Below, piece after piece: positions 55,688 to 64,000 of a DNA stretch of 64,000 nt (its first letter is position 1; each line of letters opens with the position of its first letter). This stretch comes from Vulcanimicrobiota bacterium (GTDB lineage Bacteria; Vulcanimicrobiota; Xenobia; Xenobiales; JADMJV01). The notes beneath the pieces are model-generated. The model made no database searches. It was not told the origin of the DNA and saw only the letters and a program-made list of their open reading frames with translations. The stretch spans positions 1,708,685 through 1,772,684 of the forward strand of contig JBFWNU010000001.1 of the NCBI GenBank assembly GCA_050250895.1, in the 5' to 3' direction. A program made the position numbers and the translations under genes.

Positions 55688-56788
55688 TTAGCCTCTTCTG
55701 ACACTGCCTCGAACGAAGGGCGGACGCACCACCGAAGCCTGATTGCGTCGACCCCGAATGTCGATTTCCAGGGCTGTTCCGGGAGTGCGTGCCTCGAGTT
55801 CAACGAGGGCCAAACCTACACCTTTTTTCAAGCTGGGCGAGAAGGTGCCGCTGGTGACCCGACCCACTTTGCGGTCCTGGCAAAAGACTTCATAGCCTTC
55901 TCTGGGGATGGCTTTGCCCTCCATCTCGAAGCCGACGATAGTGTGGGTCAGGCCGGCTTCTTTCTGGGCGGCCAGGCTGTCGCGCCCGATGAAGTCCTGA
56001 TCCAGGCGCACGACCCAGGCCAACCCGGCGTCATAGGGAGTGATCTCCTCGGACAGTTCATGGCCATAGAGTGCATAGCCCGACTCGAGCCGCAGAGTGT
56101 CGCGGGCCCCCAGCCCGATGGGCGCCAAAAACTCGTTCTTTTGCCGTAGCAAATTCCAGAGGTCGACGGCCTTGTCCCACTCCAGGTAGAGTTCGAAGCC
56201 GTCCTCGCCGGTATAGCCGGTGCGCGAGAGCAAGACAGGTAGGCCGGCCACCTGGCATTCGACGAAGCGATAGTAGCCGAGGCCGTCCAGGTCAAGATCG
56301 ACCAGCGGCGTCAGCGCCTCTTGAGCCCGCGGGCCCTGCACGGCGACCAGGCTGGTGCGGGCGGAGAGGTCGGTCATTTTGACCCCTTCGGAGGAAACCT
56401 GCTCGTTCATCCACTTCCAGATCTTCTCGCGATTGCTGGCGTTGACCACCAGCCAGAATTTGTGTTGCTCGAACCGATAGATCAGCATATCGTCAAGCAC
56501 CTTGCCGGCCTGGTTGACCATGCAAGTATAGAGACATTGGCCGTCCTCGATGCGATGGAGGTCGTTGGTGACCAGGTTTTGGACAGTCTCGAAGGCTTTC
56601 TCGCCGGTCACCTCGATCTCGCCCATGTGGGATAGGTCGAAGAGGCCGGCCTGGCTGCGCACATGTTCGTGCTCTTCTTTCACTCCAGCATACTGAACCG
56701 GCATATCCCAGCCGGCGAAATCCACCATCTTGGCCCCGGCAGCGCGGTGGACTTCGCTGAGGGCTGTCTTCTGAAGCGTCTTGGTCAT
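55688..56788 (-). CDS. gcvT: Glycine cleavage system aminomethyltransferase T
   Basis: Start MTKTLQKT at 56788; FAGWDMPVQY, FDLSHMG, RTGYTGEDGFE, GLGARDTLRLE. Confidence 0.95.
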   Translation of the reverse strand: MTKTLQKTALSEVHRAAGAKMVDFAGWDMPVQYAGVKEEHEHVRSQAGLFDLSHMGEIEVTGEKAFETVQNLVTNDLHRIEDGQCLYTCMVNQAGKVLDDMLIYRFEQHKFWLVVNASNREKIWKWMNEQVSSEGVKMTDLSARTSLVAVQGPRAQEALTPLVDLDLDGLGYYRFVECQVAGLPVLLSRTGYTGEDGFELYLEWDKAVDLWNLLRQKNEFLAPIGLGARDTLRLESGYALYGHELSEEITPYDAGLAWVVRLDQDFIGRDSLAAQKEAGLTHTIVGFEMEGKAIPREGYEVFCQDRKVGRVTSGTFSPSLKKGVGLALVELEARTPGTALEIDIRGRRNQASVVRPPFVRGSVRRG

Positions 56789-56860
56789 ACTTGCCCATTC
56801 CCGTCTGGCCACCCGCCGAAACAACAGGATGTTCGACGGCGCGGCGTCGAACAAGGCCCC

Positions 56861-57340
56861 GTGAACCTGGAGTTGATCGCAGAAGTCCTGCACGGGGCCT
56901 CGAGCAAGACCGTTCTCGAAGAGGTGCTGGAACTGGTCATGGAGGATCTTGACGCCGAGCGCGGGGTGATCCTCTCTGACATCCAGAGCCTCGAGATTCT
57001 GGCTTACCACGGCGAAGAGTCCCTCAAGACGCTGTTTCCGTTCAGTCGCGAGGTCGTCAGGACGGTGATCCACGATGGTCTCGGGGTGGTCAGTTTTCAC
57101 GACCCCGAATTGCCCGACAGCTACAGCGTCAAGGCCAACGGCTTACGTTCGGCCCTGTGTGTGCCCGTGCTGCGCAAAGAGAAGACGGTCGGTATCCTCT
57201 ATTTCGACACACGCTGCAGAGCCAACGCTTTTAGCGAGGGCGACCTGAAGTTCGTGACCGAGGTGGCCCTCTTGATGAGTCCGGTGCTACCCGAGCCCCC
57301 CGACGACACCAAGCCGGTTCGCCGCCCCGGGATCTATTAG
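56861..57340 (+). CDS. Stand-alone GAF-domain protein
   Basis: LRSALCVPVL....VGILYFD...AFSEGDL. Confidence 0.7.
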   Translation: MNLELIAEVLHGASSKTVLEEVLELVMEDLDAERGVILSDIQSLEILAYHGEESLKTLFPFSREVVRTVIHDGLGVVSFHDPELPDSYSVKANGLRSALCVPVLRKEKTVGILYFDTRCRANAFSEGDLKFVTEVALLMSPVLPEPPDDTKPVRRPGIY

Positions 57341-57367
57341 AGCAACGCCTGGCCGATGGAGGATGCC

Positions 57368-57988
57368 CTATACGCCGGCCCCGCGGCAACAGGGTCGAGC
57401 CGAGGCCAGAAAGCGGTTGAAAGGGGTGCCACCGAAAGGGTGCTCCCAGACGGCAAAGGGCAACTGGTGGCGATCGCAGAGGCTTCTGATCAAGCCGTAA
57501 AGGCGGTGACGGTAGTCGGTCGGCGGACCCTCCGCCATCAGTTCGAGAATCTGGCTGGCCTGCTCGGGAGCCTGTTGGCGCAAAAACTGCTCGAGCGGCG
57601 GCGAGGAGCGCGTCAGGCATCCGGCCAGCACCCGCTGGCAGCCTTTGGCTTTGGCCCCTTCGATGCGCTCTTCGAGTTCGGCCAGGTCGTCGTCGAGATA
57701 GGGGATGAGCGGAGTCAAGGCCAGAGTCCAGGGACCCCGACCGTCAACCCATCCAAGCGTTTCCTCGTAGCGGCCGTGGAGGGGCAGTTCGAGGATGGCG
57801 GACCCGGGTAGAAGCTGACTCAGTTCGGGGCCGGGGGGGCGGCCTAAAGTGAGAAAGAAGGGTTGTTGGGCGGCCAGGGCCGCCTCGACTTCGGCTTCGT
57901 CGAGCGTGGGAGTTTCCCAGGGGCAACAGGCCTGCCCGACCCAGGGGCGGCAGCAGCCCGTCTTGCCGGGTGGGTCGCTGCAGTTCAT
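57368..57988 (-). CDS. Hypothetical protein, possibly a decayed SPL-like radical SAM
   Basis: Cys-rich N-terminus without a canonical CxxxCxxC; PLIPYLDD...ELE..IE.AKAKG. Confidence 0.45.
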   Translation of the reverse strand: MNCSDPPGKTGCCRPWVGQACCPWETPTLDEAEVEAALAAQQPFFLTLGRPPGPELSQLLPGSAILELPLHGRYEETLGWVDGRGPWTLALTPLIPYLDDDLAELEERIEGAKAKGCQRVLAGCLTRSSPPLEQFLRQQAPEQASQILELMAEGPPTDYRHRLYGLIRSLCDRHQLPFAVWEHPFGGTPFNRFLASARPCCRGAGV

Positions 57989-58884
57989 CGCAGCACGGCG
58001 CGGGCCTGGTTGACATCCGTCTGGATTTGGGCCACCAGGGCCTCGATGCCGGGAAACTTTTGCTCCGGGCGCAAGCGCTTCACGAAGTCGACCGTCAGGT
58101 CTTGATCGTAAAGATCGCCGTCGAAGTCGAGCAGGTGCACCTCGAGGAGCGGACGAGTGCCGTCAAACGTGGGCCGAATGCCCAGATTGGCGACCCCGCC
58201 GAACTGTGCCTGGCGATGGGTGACGGTGACCGCGTAGACACCTCGTTGGGGAATGACTTTCTCTTCCGGCAGCGGCAGATTGGCGGTCGGAAACCCCAGT
58301 TGGCGACCGCGCTGGTCGCCCCGTTCCACGGTCGAGGTCAAAAAATAGGGACGCCCCAGGAGTTCTCCGGCCATTGCCAGTTCGCCGGCCTCGACTAAAG
58401 CCCGAACGCGAGTGCTAGAGATCCAGTCGCCGTCTTTGACGGGGGTCACCACCGTCACCTCGAATCCGAGTTCGTCGCCGAGTTTGGCCAGCAGGGCGGC
58501 GTCGCCGGCGGCTTTATGGCCGAAGCGATAGTTCTCGCCGACGACTACCCGGCGGGCACCCAGTAGCTGAGCCAGGACCTCGCTGGCGAACGCCTCGGGA
58601 CTGACCTGCGAGAAGGCGCGGTCGAAGTCTCGATAGACGACCTCGGCTCCAAACTGTTCGAGCAGGGCTACCCGTTCTGGGAAGGTCGTTAAAAGGGGCG
58701 GGCAGCGGCGAGAGTCGAGCATGGAAGCCGGGTGGTTGCGAAAGGTGAAAACCGTGGCCGGACCGCGGCGGATGGCCTCGGCTACGATGGCCTGATGGCC
58801 GCGATGAAACCCGTCAAAGAAGCCGAGGGCCAGGGTCGTCCCCTCGGCTCCAGGTTCAAACTCGTCGAGGGAATGAACTCTCAT
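57985..58884 (-). CDS. ribF: Bifunctional riboflavin kinase/FAD synthetase
   Basis: GFFDGFHRGH, VGENYRFG, ISSTRVR, GRQLGFPTAN, EVHLLDF. Confidence 0.95.
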   Translation of the reverse strand: MRVHSLDEFEPGAEGTTLALGFFDGFHRGHQAIVAEAIRRGPATVFTFRNHPASMLDSRRCPPLLTTFPERVALLEQFGAEVVYRDFDRAFSQVSPEAFASEVLAQLLGARRVVVGENYRFGHKAAGDAALLAKLGDELGFEVTVVTPVKDGDWISSTRVRALVEAGELAMAGELLGRPYFLTSTVERGDQRGRQLGFPTANLPLPEEKVIPQRGVYAVTVTHRQAQFGGVANLGIRPTFDGTRPLLEVHLLDFDGDLYDQDLTVDFVKRLRPEQKFPGIEALVAQIQTDVNQARAVLR

Positions 58885-59873
58885 CAGGAAGTGCGGCGAT
58901 CGATGATGAAGTGGCTGCGGCCCGGGGCTTTGGCTTTGGCGGCGCGTTTCAGCTCGGTGGCGATCTCGGAGACCTGGAGGGCGCTGGTCAGGTTGCGGCG
59001 TTCGTTGGTAGAGACACCGATCGAGAGCGTGGTAATGGGAAACTGCTGGATCTCTTCCTGGCGGTTCTTGACCTCGATGTAGCCTCGTTCTCGGTCTTCG
59101 GGAGTGTAGATTTCGCGCACCAGGTCATCGAAGCGGGTAGTGACCTGGTTGAGCACATCCTCGACATAGTCGGGTCGGGAGATATAGATGAAGTCGTCAC
59201 CGCCGATGTGACCCACGAAATCGTCGTTGTGGGCATTGGTCTCGGCCGCTTCGATCAGCACCTGGGCCACCAGTTTGATGCACTCGTCGCCCTTTTCAAA
59301 TCCGTAGTGGTCATTGAGGGCCTTGAAGTTGTCGAGATCGAGATAGCAGCAGGCCATGTGGTCGTCTCGAGCCAGGCGCTTGTTGATCTCGTGCTCGATG
59401 GCGAGGTTGCCGGGCAGGCCGGTCAGGGGGTTGGAGGAGCGGCTCATTTCGATGCGCCGGATCAGCCCCTGGATGCGGGCCTCCAGTTCTTCTGGGTCAA
59501 AGGGCTTGGAGACATAGTCGTCTACGCCGGTGCGTAGAGCGTCGAGCCGGTGGATTTGCGAGGCCGAGGCCGTCAGCATGATGACCGGAATAAGATAAGT
59601 GGAGCGGCTACTGCGCAGGCGTTCGCAGACGGCGATGCCGTCCATGCCGGGCATCATCAAGTCGAGCAGAATGAGGTCGGGCACCTCGCGGCGAGCCATC
59701 TCGAGCGCTTCGGGTCCGGAGTTGGCAGTGAGAACGTTGTAGTTGCCCGAGGCGCTCTTGAGGAACGTCTCGACCATGCGAAGCAGCACCGGGTCGTCGT
59801 CGACAACCAGGATCTTGACTTCTCGGGCTCGCTGGGAGTCTCCCGGACCGACTTTCTGGACAGCTTCTTCCAT
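58884..59873 (-). CDS. Response regulator / diguanylate cyclase (REC-GGDEF)
   Basis: ILVVDDD, LLDLMMP, KPFD, NPLTGLPG, GHIGGDDF. Confidence 0.88.
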   Translation of the reverse strand: MEEAVQKVGPGDSQRAREVKILVVDDDPVLLRMVETFLKSASGNYNVLTANSGPEALEMARREVPDLILLDLMMPGMDGIAVCERLRSSRSTYLIPVIMLTASASQIHRLDALRTGVDDYVSKPFDPEELEARIQGLIRRIEMSRSSNPLTGLPGNLAIEHEINKRLARDDHMACCYLDLDNFKALNDHYGFEKGDECIKLVAQVLIEAAETNAHNDDFVGHIGGDDFIYISRPDYVEDVLNQVTTRFDDLVREIYTPEDRERGYIEVKNRQEEIQQFPITTLSIGVSTNERRNLTSALQVSEIATELKRAAKAKAPGRSHFIIDRRTS

Positions 59874-59884
59874 TCAGGGGGCAA

Positions 59885-60427
59885 CTACTGGCTGACGACG
59901 TAGACTTTGAAGCCTTTCTCACGTAGCCTGTCGGCTACCATCTTCGCCTCGGTGGCTTCTTTGAAGGACCCACCCTGGACGCGGAAGACTTTACCGTCTT
60001 CATCGTCAATCTCCTCTACCACGACATCCTGGCCTTCAGCTTTGAGCTCGTCGGCCAGTTTCTCGGCGTTCTTCTTATCGCCGAAGGCTCCAAACTGGAG
60101 TCCGAATTTATCTTTGGAGTCAGGCCCCTCGGGCACCGGGGTGGCGGTCACCGAGACCGAAGGGGTGGGGACGACGGTGCCGTGCGTGGCCGCTCTCACC
60201 TGGTCGAGTTCGGCCTGCAGCTTCGGATCCACGCTCACCCAGGGGCGCGGACGCGGACTGGGCATCTCGCGAAACTCGACGGCGTCTTTCTTCTTGCCCA
60301 GGATGCCCTCGTTGACCACCAGGTGCCCGAGCCAATTACCGCCGACTACCGAGACCCAAATCACCACGATGGTGGCGATGAGAACCTTGGAAAGGAAGTT
60401 GTCGTGGCCTTTGTCTCTTCTTGCCAT
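59885..60427 (-). CDS. SPOR-domain membrane protein
   Basis: N-terminal TM; LQFGAFGDKKNA...FRVQGG.F. Confidence 0.8.
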   Translation of the reverse strand: MARRDKGHDNFLSKVLIATIVVIWVSVVGGNWLGHLVVNEGILGKKKDAVEFREMPSPRPRPWVSVDPKLQAELDQVRAATHGTVVPTPSVSVTATPVPEGPDSKDKFGLQFGAFGDKKNAEKLADELKAEGQDVVVEEIDDEDGKVFRVQGGSFKEATEAKMVADRLREKGFKVYVVSQ

Positions 60428-60541
60428 TGTATCCGTCCAACCCGAGCCGTTTCTGCCCGAAATCTTACCCGAGCTGAGCCGGGCAAAACCACCTTGGATT
60501 TAATTCAAGACCCTGGTGGCCTATCCTGGCGAACACAAGCC

Positions 60542-60567
60542 AAAAACCCACCGCGAGGCGGTGGGTT
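60542..60567 (-). terminator. Terminator after csbD
   Basis: AACCCACCGC-GAG-GCGGTGGGTT with T-run on the minus strand. Confidence 0.75.
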
Positions 60568-60587
60568 GGGGACGGTATCTGGCCGGA

Positions 60588-60797
60588 CTAGCGAGCCGGG
60601 GCTCTCGAGTCGAGCCAGGTGTTGAGGTTCTTGTGGGCTTCTTCCCGGGCCATTCCGTAGCGCTCCTGGATGATGCCGACGAGCTTTTCCGAGTCGCCTT
60701 CGATGCGGTCGAGGTCGTCATCGGTGAGTTTGCCCCATTTGGCTTTGACGTCACCCTTCATCTGTTTCCATTTGCCTTTGAGAATGTCGCTATTCAT
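60588..60797 (-). CDS. csbD: CsbD family stress protein
   Basis: KGKWKQMKGDVKAKWGKLTDDDL..IQERYG. Confidence 0.88.
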   Translation of the reverse strand: MNSDILKGKWKQMKGDVKAKWGKLTDDDLDRIEGDSEKLVGIIQERYGMAREEAHKNLNTWLDSRAPAR

Positions 60798-61021
60798 ATA
60801 TAACTCCTTCGTTTTAAGGCCTTGCCGGCCGGGTTTACGTTTCCATCATGCCGGGTGGAGGGGTGGAGGACATTGCTCCTGAGCATCGGGTCGGGGCATC
60901 CGAGGGGATGGAGCGACCGGGCACTTGTTTACAGATTGGCAACAGAGTTAACATGATTTGACAACAATTGTCCTAGATTCGTCAGTGTTTCGAGAGATAG
61001 AAAGGGGAGGAGGGTGACGCC

Positions 61022-64000
61022 TTGGAGATTGGTCGCTCCTTTCAAACTGGTCTAGTACCCGGCCGGACATCGTTCATCTCGAGTCTGGAGTCAGGTCCTT
61101 CCCTTTTGTCGGCGCCTGGCCGCAAGCTTCGTGCTCTCAACCAGTTTCAGCTGGGCTGGATGCAGTTGCTGAGCGAAACGCTGCCCGAACGCGCCCAGCA
61201 GGACGAGGGCAGCTACCTCTCCCAGGCCCAACGGCTCCGGAGCATGAGCCGGACGACCTCTCATCACAAGATCGATGGCTCTGAGCTCGAGCGGCAGAAG
61301 AACGATCGGGCCGAGGAGCGTCGCCAGCTCGAGCGACGCGGGGAAGAGCGTCGCGAGCCCGAGCGCGACCAGTCGGCCCATGACCGGCGTCAGACGGAAC
61401 GTCGCAGCGAGCGGCGCGGACCCCAACCCGAGCCTCACCATCCCTTGCCAACGGGCCTGCCGACCGTCAAGCGGGCGGTGGTCAGCGAGCCAAACCCCCC
61501 TGAGGCGCCGGTGCAGCCAGAGCAAGCTCCCGGTGAGGAACAGCCTCAGGCGACTAAGACCAGGTCCGAAAGTCCCGAGCCCCGTCGGCCCGAGGCCCGC
61601 CCCCGCCAGTCAGACCCCCGCGCTTCTGAGCGAGAGCAACAGCCCGAGCAACGTCCCGGGCGGGCTCAGCAGGGTCCGCAGGCTCCCGAGCACAAGCCCG
61701 CTACCCTCTTCGGTCAGCTGGCCGAGCGAGCGGCCAGTTTTTCTACGGGGTTCTCTCAAACTCTCAAAGAATCCACTCGGAGCGAGCAGTCGACGAGCGC
61801 ACCGGCAGAAGCCGAAGAGGAAGGAGGACTGCTGGAGCGTGGCCCCGGTCGTGGGCCCAAATCATCAGGACCCCCGACCAAAGCGCGGCCCCAGAGCCTC
61901 CAGGGTCGCTCCGGGGATGTCGGCCGGCAGCCCGGCCGCGCGCCAGGCGATCGCGCTCACTTCGAACAACCCAAAGAACGTCCGGTGACGCCCGAACACA
62001 GGCCAGCCAGTTTGCCAGGACCACTGGTCGAACGCGCGGCCGTAGCCTCCGGCTCTGCTCAGACCCTCAAGGATTCAGCCCGGACCGAGACCTCCCGGGG
62101 CCCGGCTACCGATGACGCACCAGAAGGCGGCTTGCTCGCCATGTTCGCCCTGGCGGCGCCGAAACCCGTAACCCCTCGAGAGGAGGCTCCGGGGGCAAAA
62201 TCCACAGGTTTCTGGGAGACCCTCAGAGAGTGGGCTTCGGACGCTGCTACAGCCGCCTCGACGGGTGCGCCCACGACGACTCCCAAGCCCGACAAATCAA
62301 GTTGGAGCGCGGCTATGCTTCCCAGTCCGGCCGTGGACTCCAGGCCGGCTGAAAGTAGCGGAGGCTGGTGGAGCGGCCTGGGCCAGACCATCAGTCAGTG
62401 GGTGAGCGAGGCGGGCCAAGCAGCCTCGGCGAGCGCTCCCTCGACCACGCCCAAACCCGAGAAATCGGGCTGGGACCTGAGCTCGCTCGCGACCATTGCC
62501 GGCGCCACTCTGGTGGGCGGCCCGGTGCTGGGTGCAGCCACGGCCGTGGCCCGGGGCGTCAGCGAAGCCAAACCCTCCGAACCTGCCCCCGGTGGCTTCT
62601 GGTCGGGTGTTAGCGACATTTTCGGCCGCGGCGAAACCGCTAAGGTCGCCTCCTCGGTCAAATCCGAACCAACCGTGTCCGGTGGTTGGTTCGGCGGCAT
62701 TTTTGACTCGGTGAGCCAATGGGTCAGCGAGGCCGGCAAAGCCGCGGCGGCCGGGGCTCCCTCGACCACCCCCAAACCTGAAAAGTCGGGCTGGGATTTG
62801 GGCTCGCTCGCGGCCATCGCGAGCACCACCCTGGTGGGAGGCCCGGTCTTAGGCGCGACCACGGCCGTGGCCAAGGGCGTTAGCCAGGCTAGCCAACCCG
62901 CCGAAACGACGGGTGGCTGGTGGAGCGGCCTGGGCCAGACCATCAGCCAGTGGGTGAGCGAGGCGGGCAAAGCAGCCTCGGCGGGCGCTCCCTCGACCAC
63001 GCCCAAACCCGAGAAATCGGGCTGGAACCTGAGTTCGATCGCAACCGTTGCCGGCGCCACTCTGGTGGGCGGGCCGGTGCTGGGTGCAGCCACGGCCGTG
63101 GCCCAGGGCGTCAGCGAAGCCAAACCCGCCGAACCTGCCTCTGGTGGCTTCTGGTCGGGTGTTAGCGACATTTTCGGCCGAGGCGAAACCGCTACGGTCG
63201 CCTCCTCGGTCAAATCCGCACCGACCGCGTCCGGTGGTTGGTTCGGCGGCATTTTTGACTCGGTGAGCCAATGGGTCAGCGAGGCGGGCAAAGCCGCGGC
63301 GGCGGGGGCTCCCTCGACCACGCCCAAACCCGAGAAATCGGGCTGGGACCTGAGTTCGATCGCAACCATTGCCGGCGCCACTCTGGTGGGCGGGCCGGTG
63401 CTGGGTGCCGCCACGGCTGTAGCCCGAGGCGTCAGCGAAACGAAACCCGCCGAGCCTGCCCCAGGCGGCTTCTGGTCGGGTGTTAGCGACATTTTCGGCC
63501 GGGGCGAAACCGCTAAGGTCGCCTCCTCGGTCAAATCCGAACCGACCGCGTCCGGCGGTTGGTTCGGCGGCATTTTTGACTCGGTGAGCCAATGGGTCAG
63601 CGAGGCGGGCAAAGCCGCTGCGGCGGGGGCTCCCTCGACCACTCCTAAACCTGAAAAGTCGGGCTGGGATTTGGGCTCGATCGCGGCCATTGCCGGAGCC
63701 ACCGTCGTGGGCGGCCCCGTATTGGGCGCGGCGACGGCTGTAGCCCGAGGCGTCAGCGAGACGAAACCCGCCGAGCCTGCCCCTGGTGGCTTCTGGTCCG
63801 GCGTGAGCCAGCTCGCCGGCCGAGGCGAGACCGGCAAGGAGCTGCCTTCGGTCCAGTCCGAGCCTACCGCTTCCGGTGGCTGGTTCGGTGGCCTTTTTGA
63901 TTCGGTGAGCCAATGGGTCAGCGAGGCGGGCAAAGCCGCGGCGGCCGGGGCTCCCTCGACCACTCCTAAACCTGAAAAGTCGGGCTGGGATTTGGGCTCG
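61022..64000 (+). CDS. Very large low-complexity protein with 107-aa repeats (partial, runs off right edge)
   Basis: GGAGG RBS, TTG 61022 (MEIGRSFQTG); open to the window end; not in the ORF track. Confidence 0.75.
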   Translation, partial: MEIGRSFQTGLVPGRTSFISSLESGPSLLSAPGRKLRALNQFQLGWMQLLSETLPERAQQDEGSYLSQAQRLRSMSRTTSHHKIDGSELERQKNDRAEERRQLERRGEERREPERDQSAHDRRQTERRSERRGPQPEPHHPLPTGLPTVKRAVVSEPNPPEAPVQPEQAPGEEQPQATKTRSESPEPRRPEARPRQSDPRASEREQQPEQRPGRAQQGPQAPEHKPATLFGQLAERAASFSTGFSQTLKESTRSEQSTSAPAEAEEEGGLLERGPGRGPKSSGPPTKARPQSLQGRSGDVGRQPGRAPGDRAHFEQPKERPVTPEHRPASLPGPLVERAAVASGSAQTLKDSARTETSRGPATDDAPEGGLLAMFALAAPKPVTPREEAPGAKSTGFWETLREWASDAATAASTGAPTTTPKPDKSSWSAAMLPSPAVDSRPAESSGGWWSGLGQTISQWVSEAGQAASASAPSTTPKPEKSGWDLSSLATIAGATLVGGPVLGAATAVARGVSEAKPSEPAPGGFWSGVSDIFGRGETAKVASSVKSEPTVSGGWFGGIFDSVSQWVSEAGKAAAAGAPSTTPKPEKSGWDLGSLAAIASTTLVGGPVLGATTAVAKGVSQASQPAETTGGWWSGLGQTISQWVSEAGKAASAGAPSTTPKPEKSGWNLSSIATVAGATLVGGPVLGAATAVAQGVSEAKPAEPASGGFWSGVSDIFGRGETATVASSVKSAPTASGGWFGGIFDSVSQWVSEAGKAAAAGAPSTTPKPEKSGWDLSSIATIAGATLVGGPVLGAATAVARGVSETKPAEPAPGGFWSGVSDIFGRGETAKVASSVKSEPTASGGWFGGIFDSVSQWVSEAGKAAAAGAPSTTPKPEKSGWDLGSIAAIAGATVVGGPVLGAATAVARGVSETKPAEPAPGGFWSGVSQLAGRGETGKELPSVQSEPTASGGWFGGLFDSVSQWVSEAGKAAAAGAPSTTPKPEKSGWDLGS
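62360..64000 (+). repeat. Coding tandem repeat, 321-bp unit with one 231-bp variant
   Basis: QWVSEAG anchors at 62396, 62717, 62948, 63269, 63590 and 63911. Confidence 0.9.

Noticed and set aside
56789-57100. N-terminal extension of GcvT to 470 aa
   Set aside because: It overlaps the divergent GAF gene; GcvT similarity begins at MTKTLQKT (56788).
62395-63963. 522-aa minus-strand repeat ORF
   Set aside because: Antisense to the + strand frame that is open from 61022 with a good RBS.

Overview
GC-rich bacterial chromosomal window. The combination of sepF/yggS, a LipM-type ligase, many Ser/Thr kinase, GAF and PilZ proteins and many lineage-specific hypotheticals suggests a Terrabacteria lineage, possibly Eremiobacterota/Vulcanimicrobiota (inference). 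Housekeeping genes: speA, rnhA-like, rocD, sepF, yggS, hutH, gcvT/gcvH, ribF, csbD, tRNA-Lys(CTT). The most interesting locus is a translationally linked three-gene unit at 16765-19053 (-). It encodes a 254-aa protein ending in eight tandem P-M-Y-G-x-P repeats, a radical SAM/SPASM enzyme resembling tyramine-excising 'spliceases' (PlpX type), and a small unannotated accessory ORF. This is a candidate poly-spliced (alpha-keto-beta-amino acid) RiPP/protein system with a non-Nif11 precursor. A ~5 kb decayed prophage sits in the tRNA-Lys 3' end (24041-29274), with integrase, portal and terminase fragments, a hidden type I toxin-antitoxin locus, an RHH+HEPN pair and a restriction-endonuclease-like gene. 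Other oddities: a prepilin gene with an in-frame TGA, a probable ATC start codon, a candidate anti-SD sRNA, recurring TTAACA direct-repeat boxes, a degenerate PilT, a pseudokinase-kinase-FHA operon and a giant 107-aa-repeat protein running off the right end. All family assignments come from motif recognition by eye, not from database searches.
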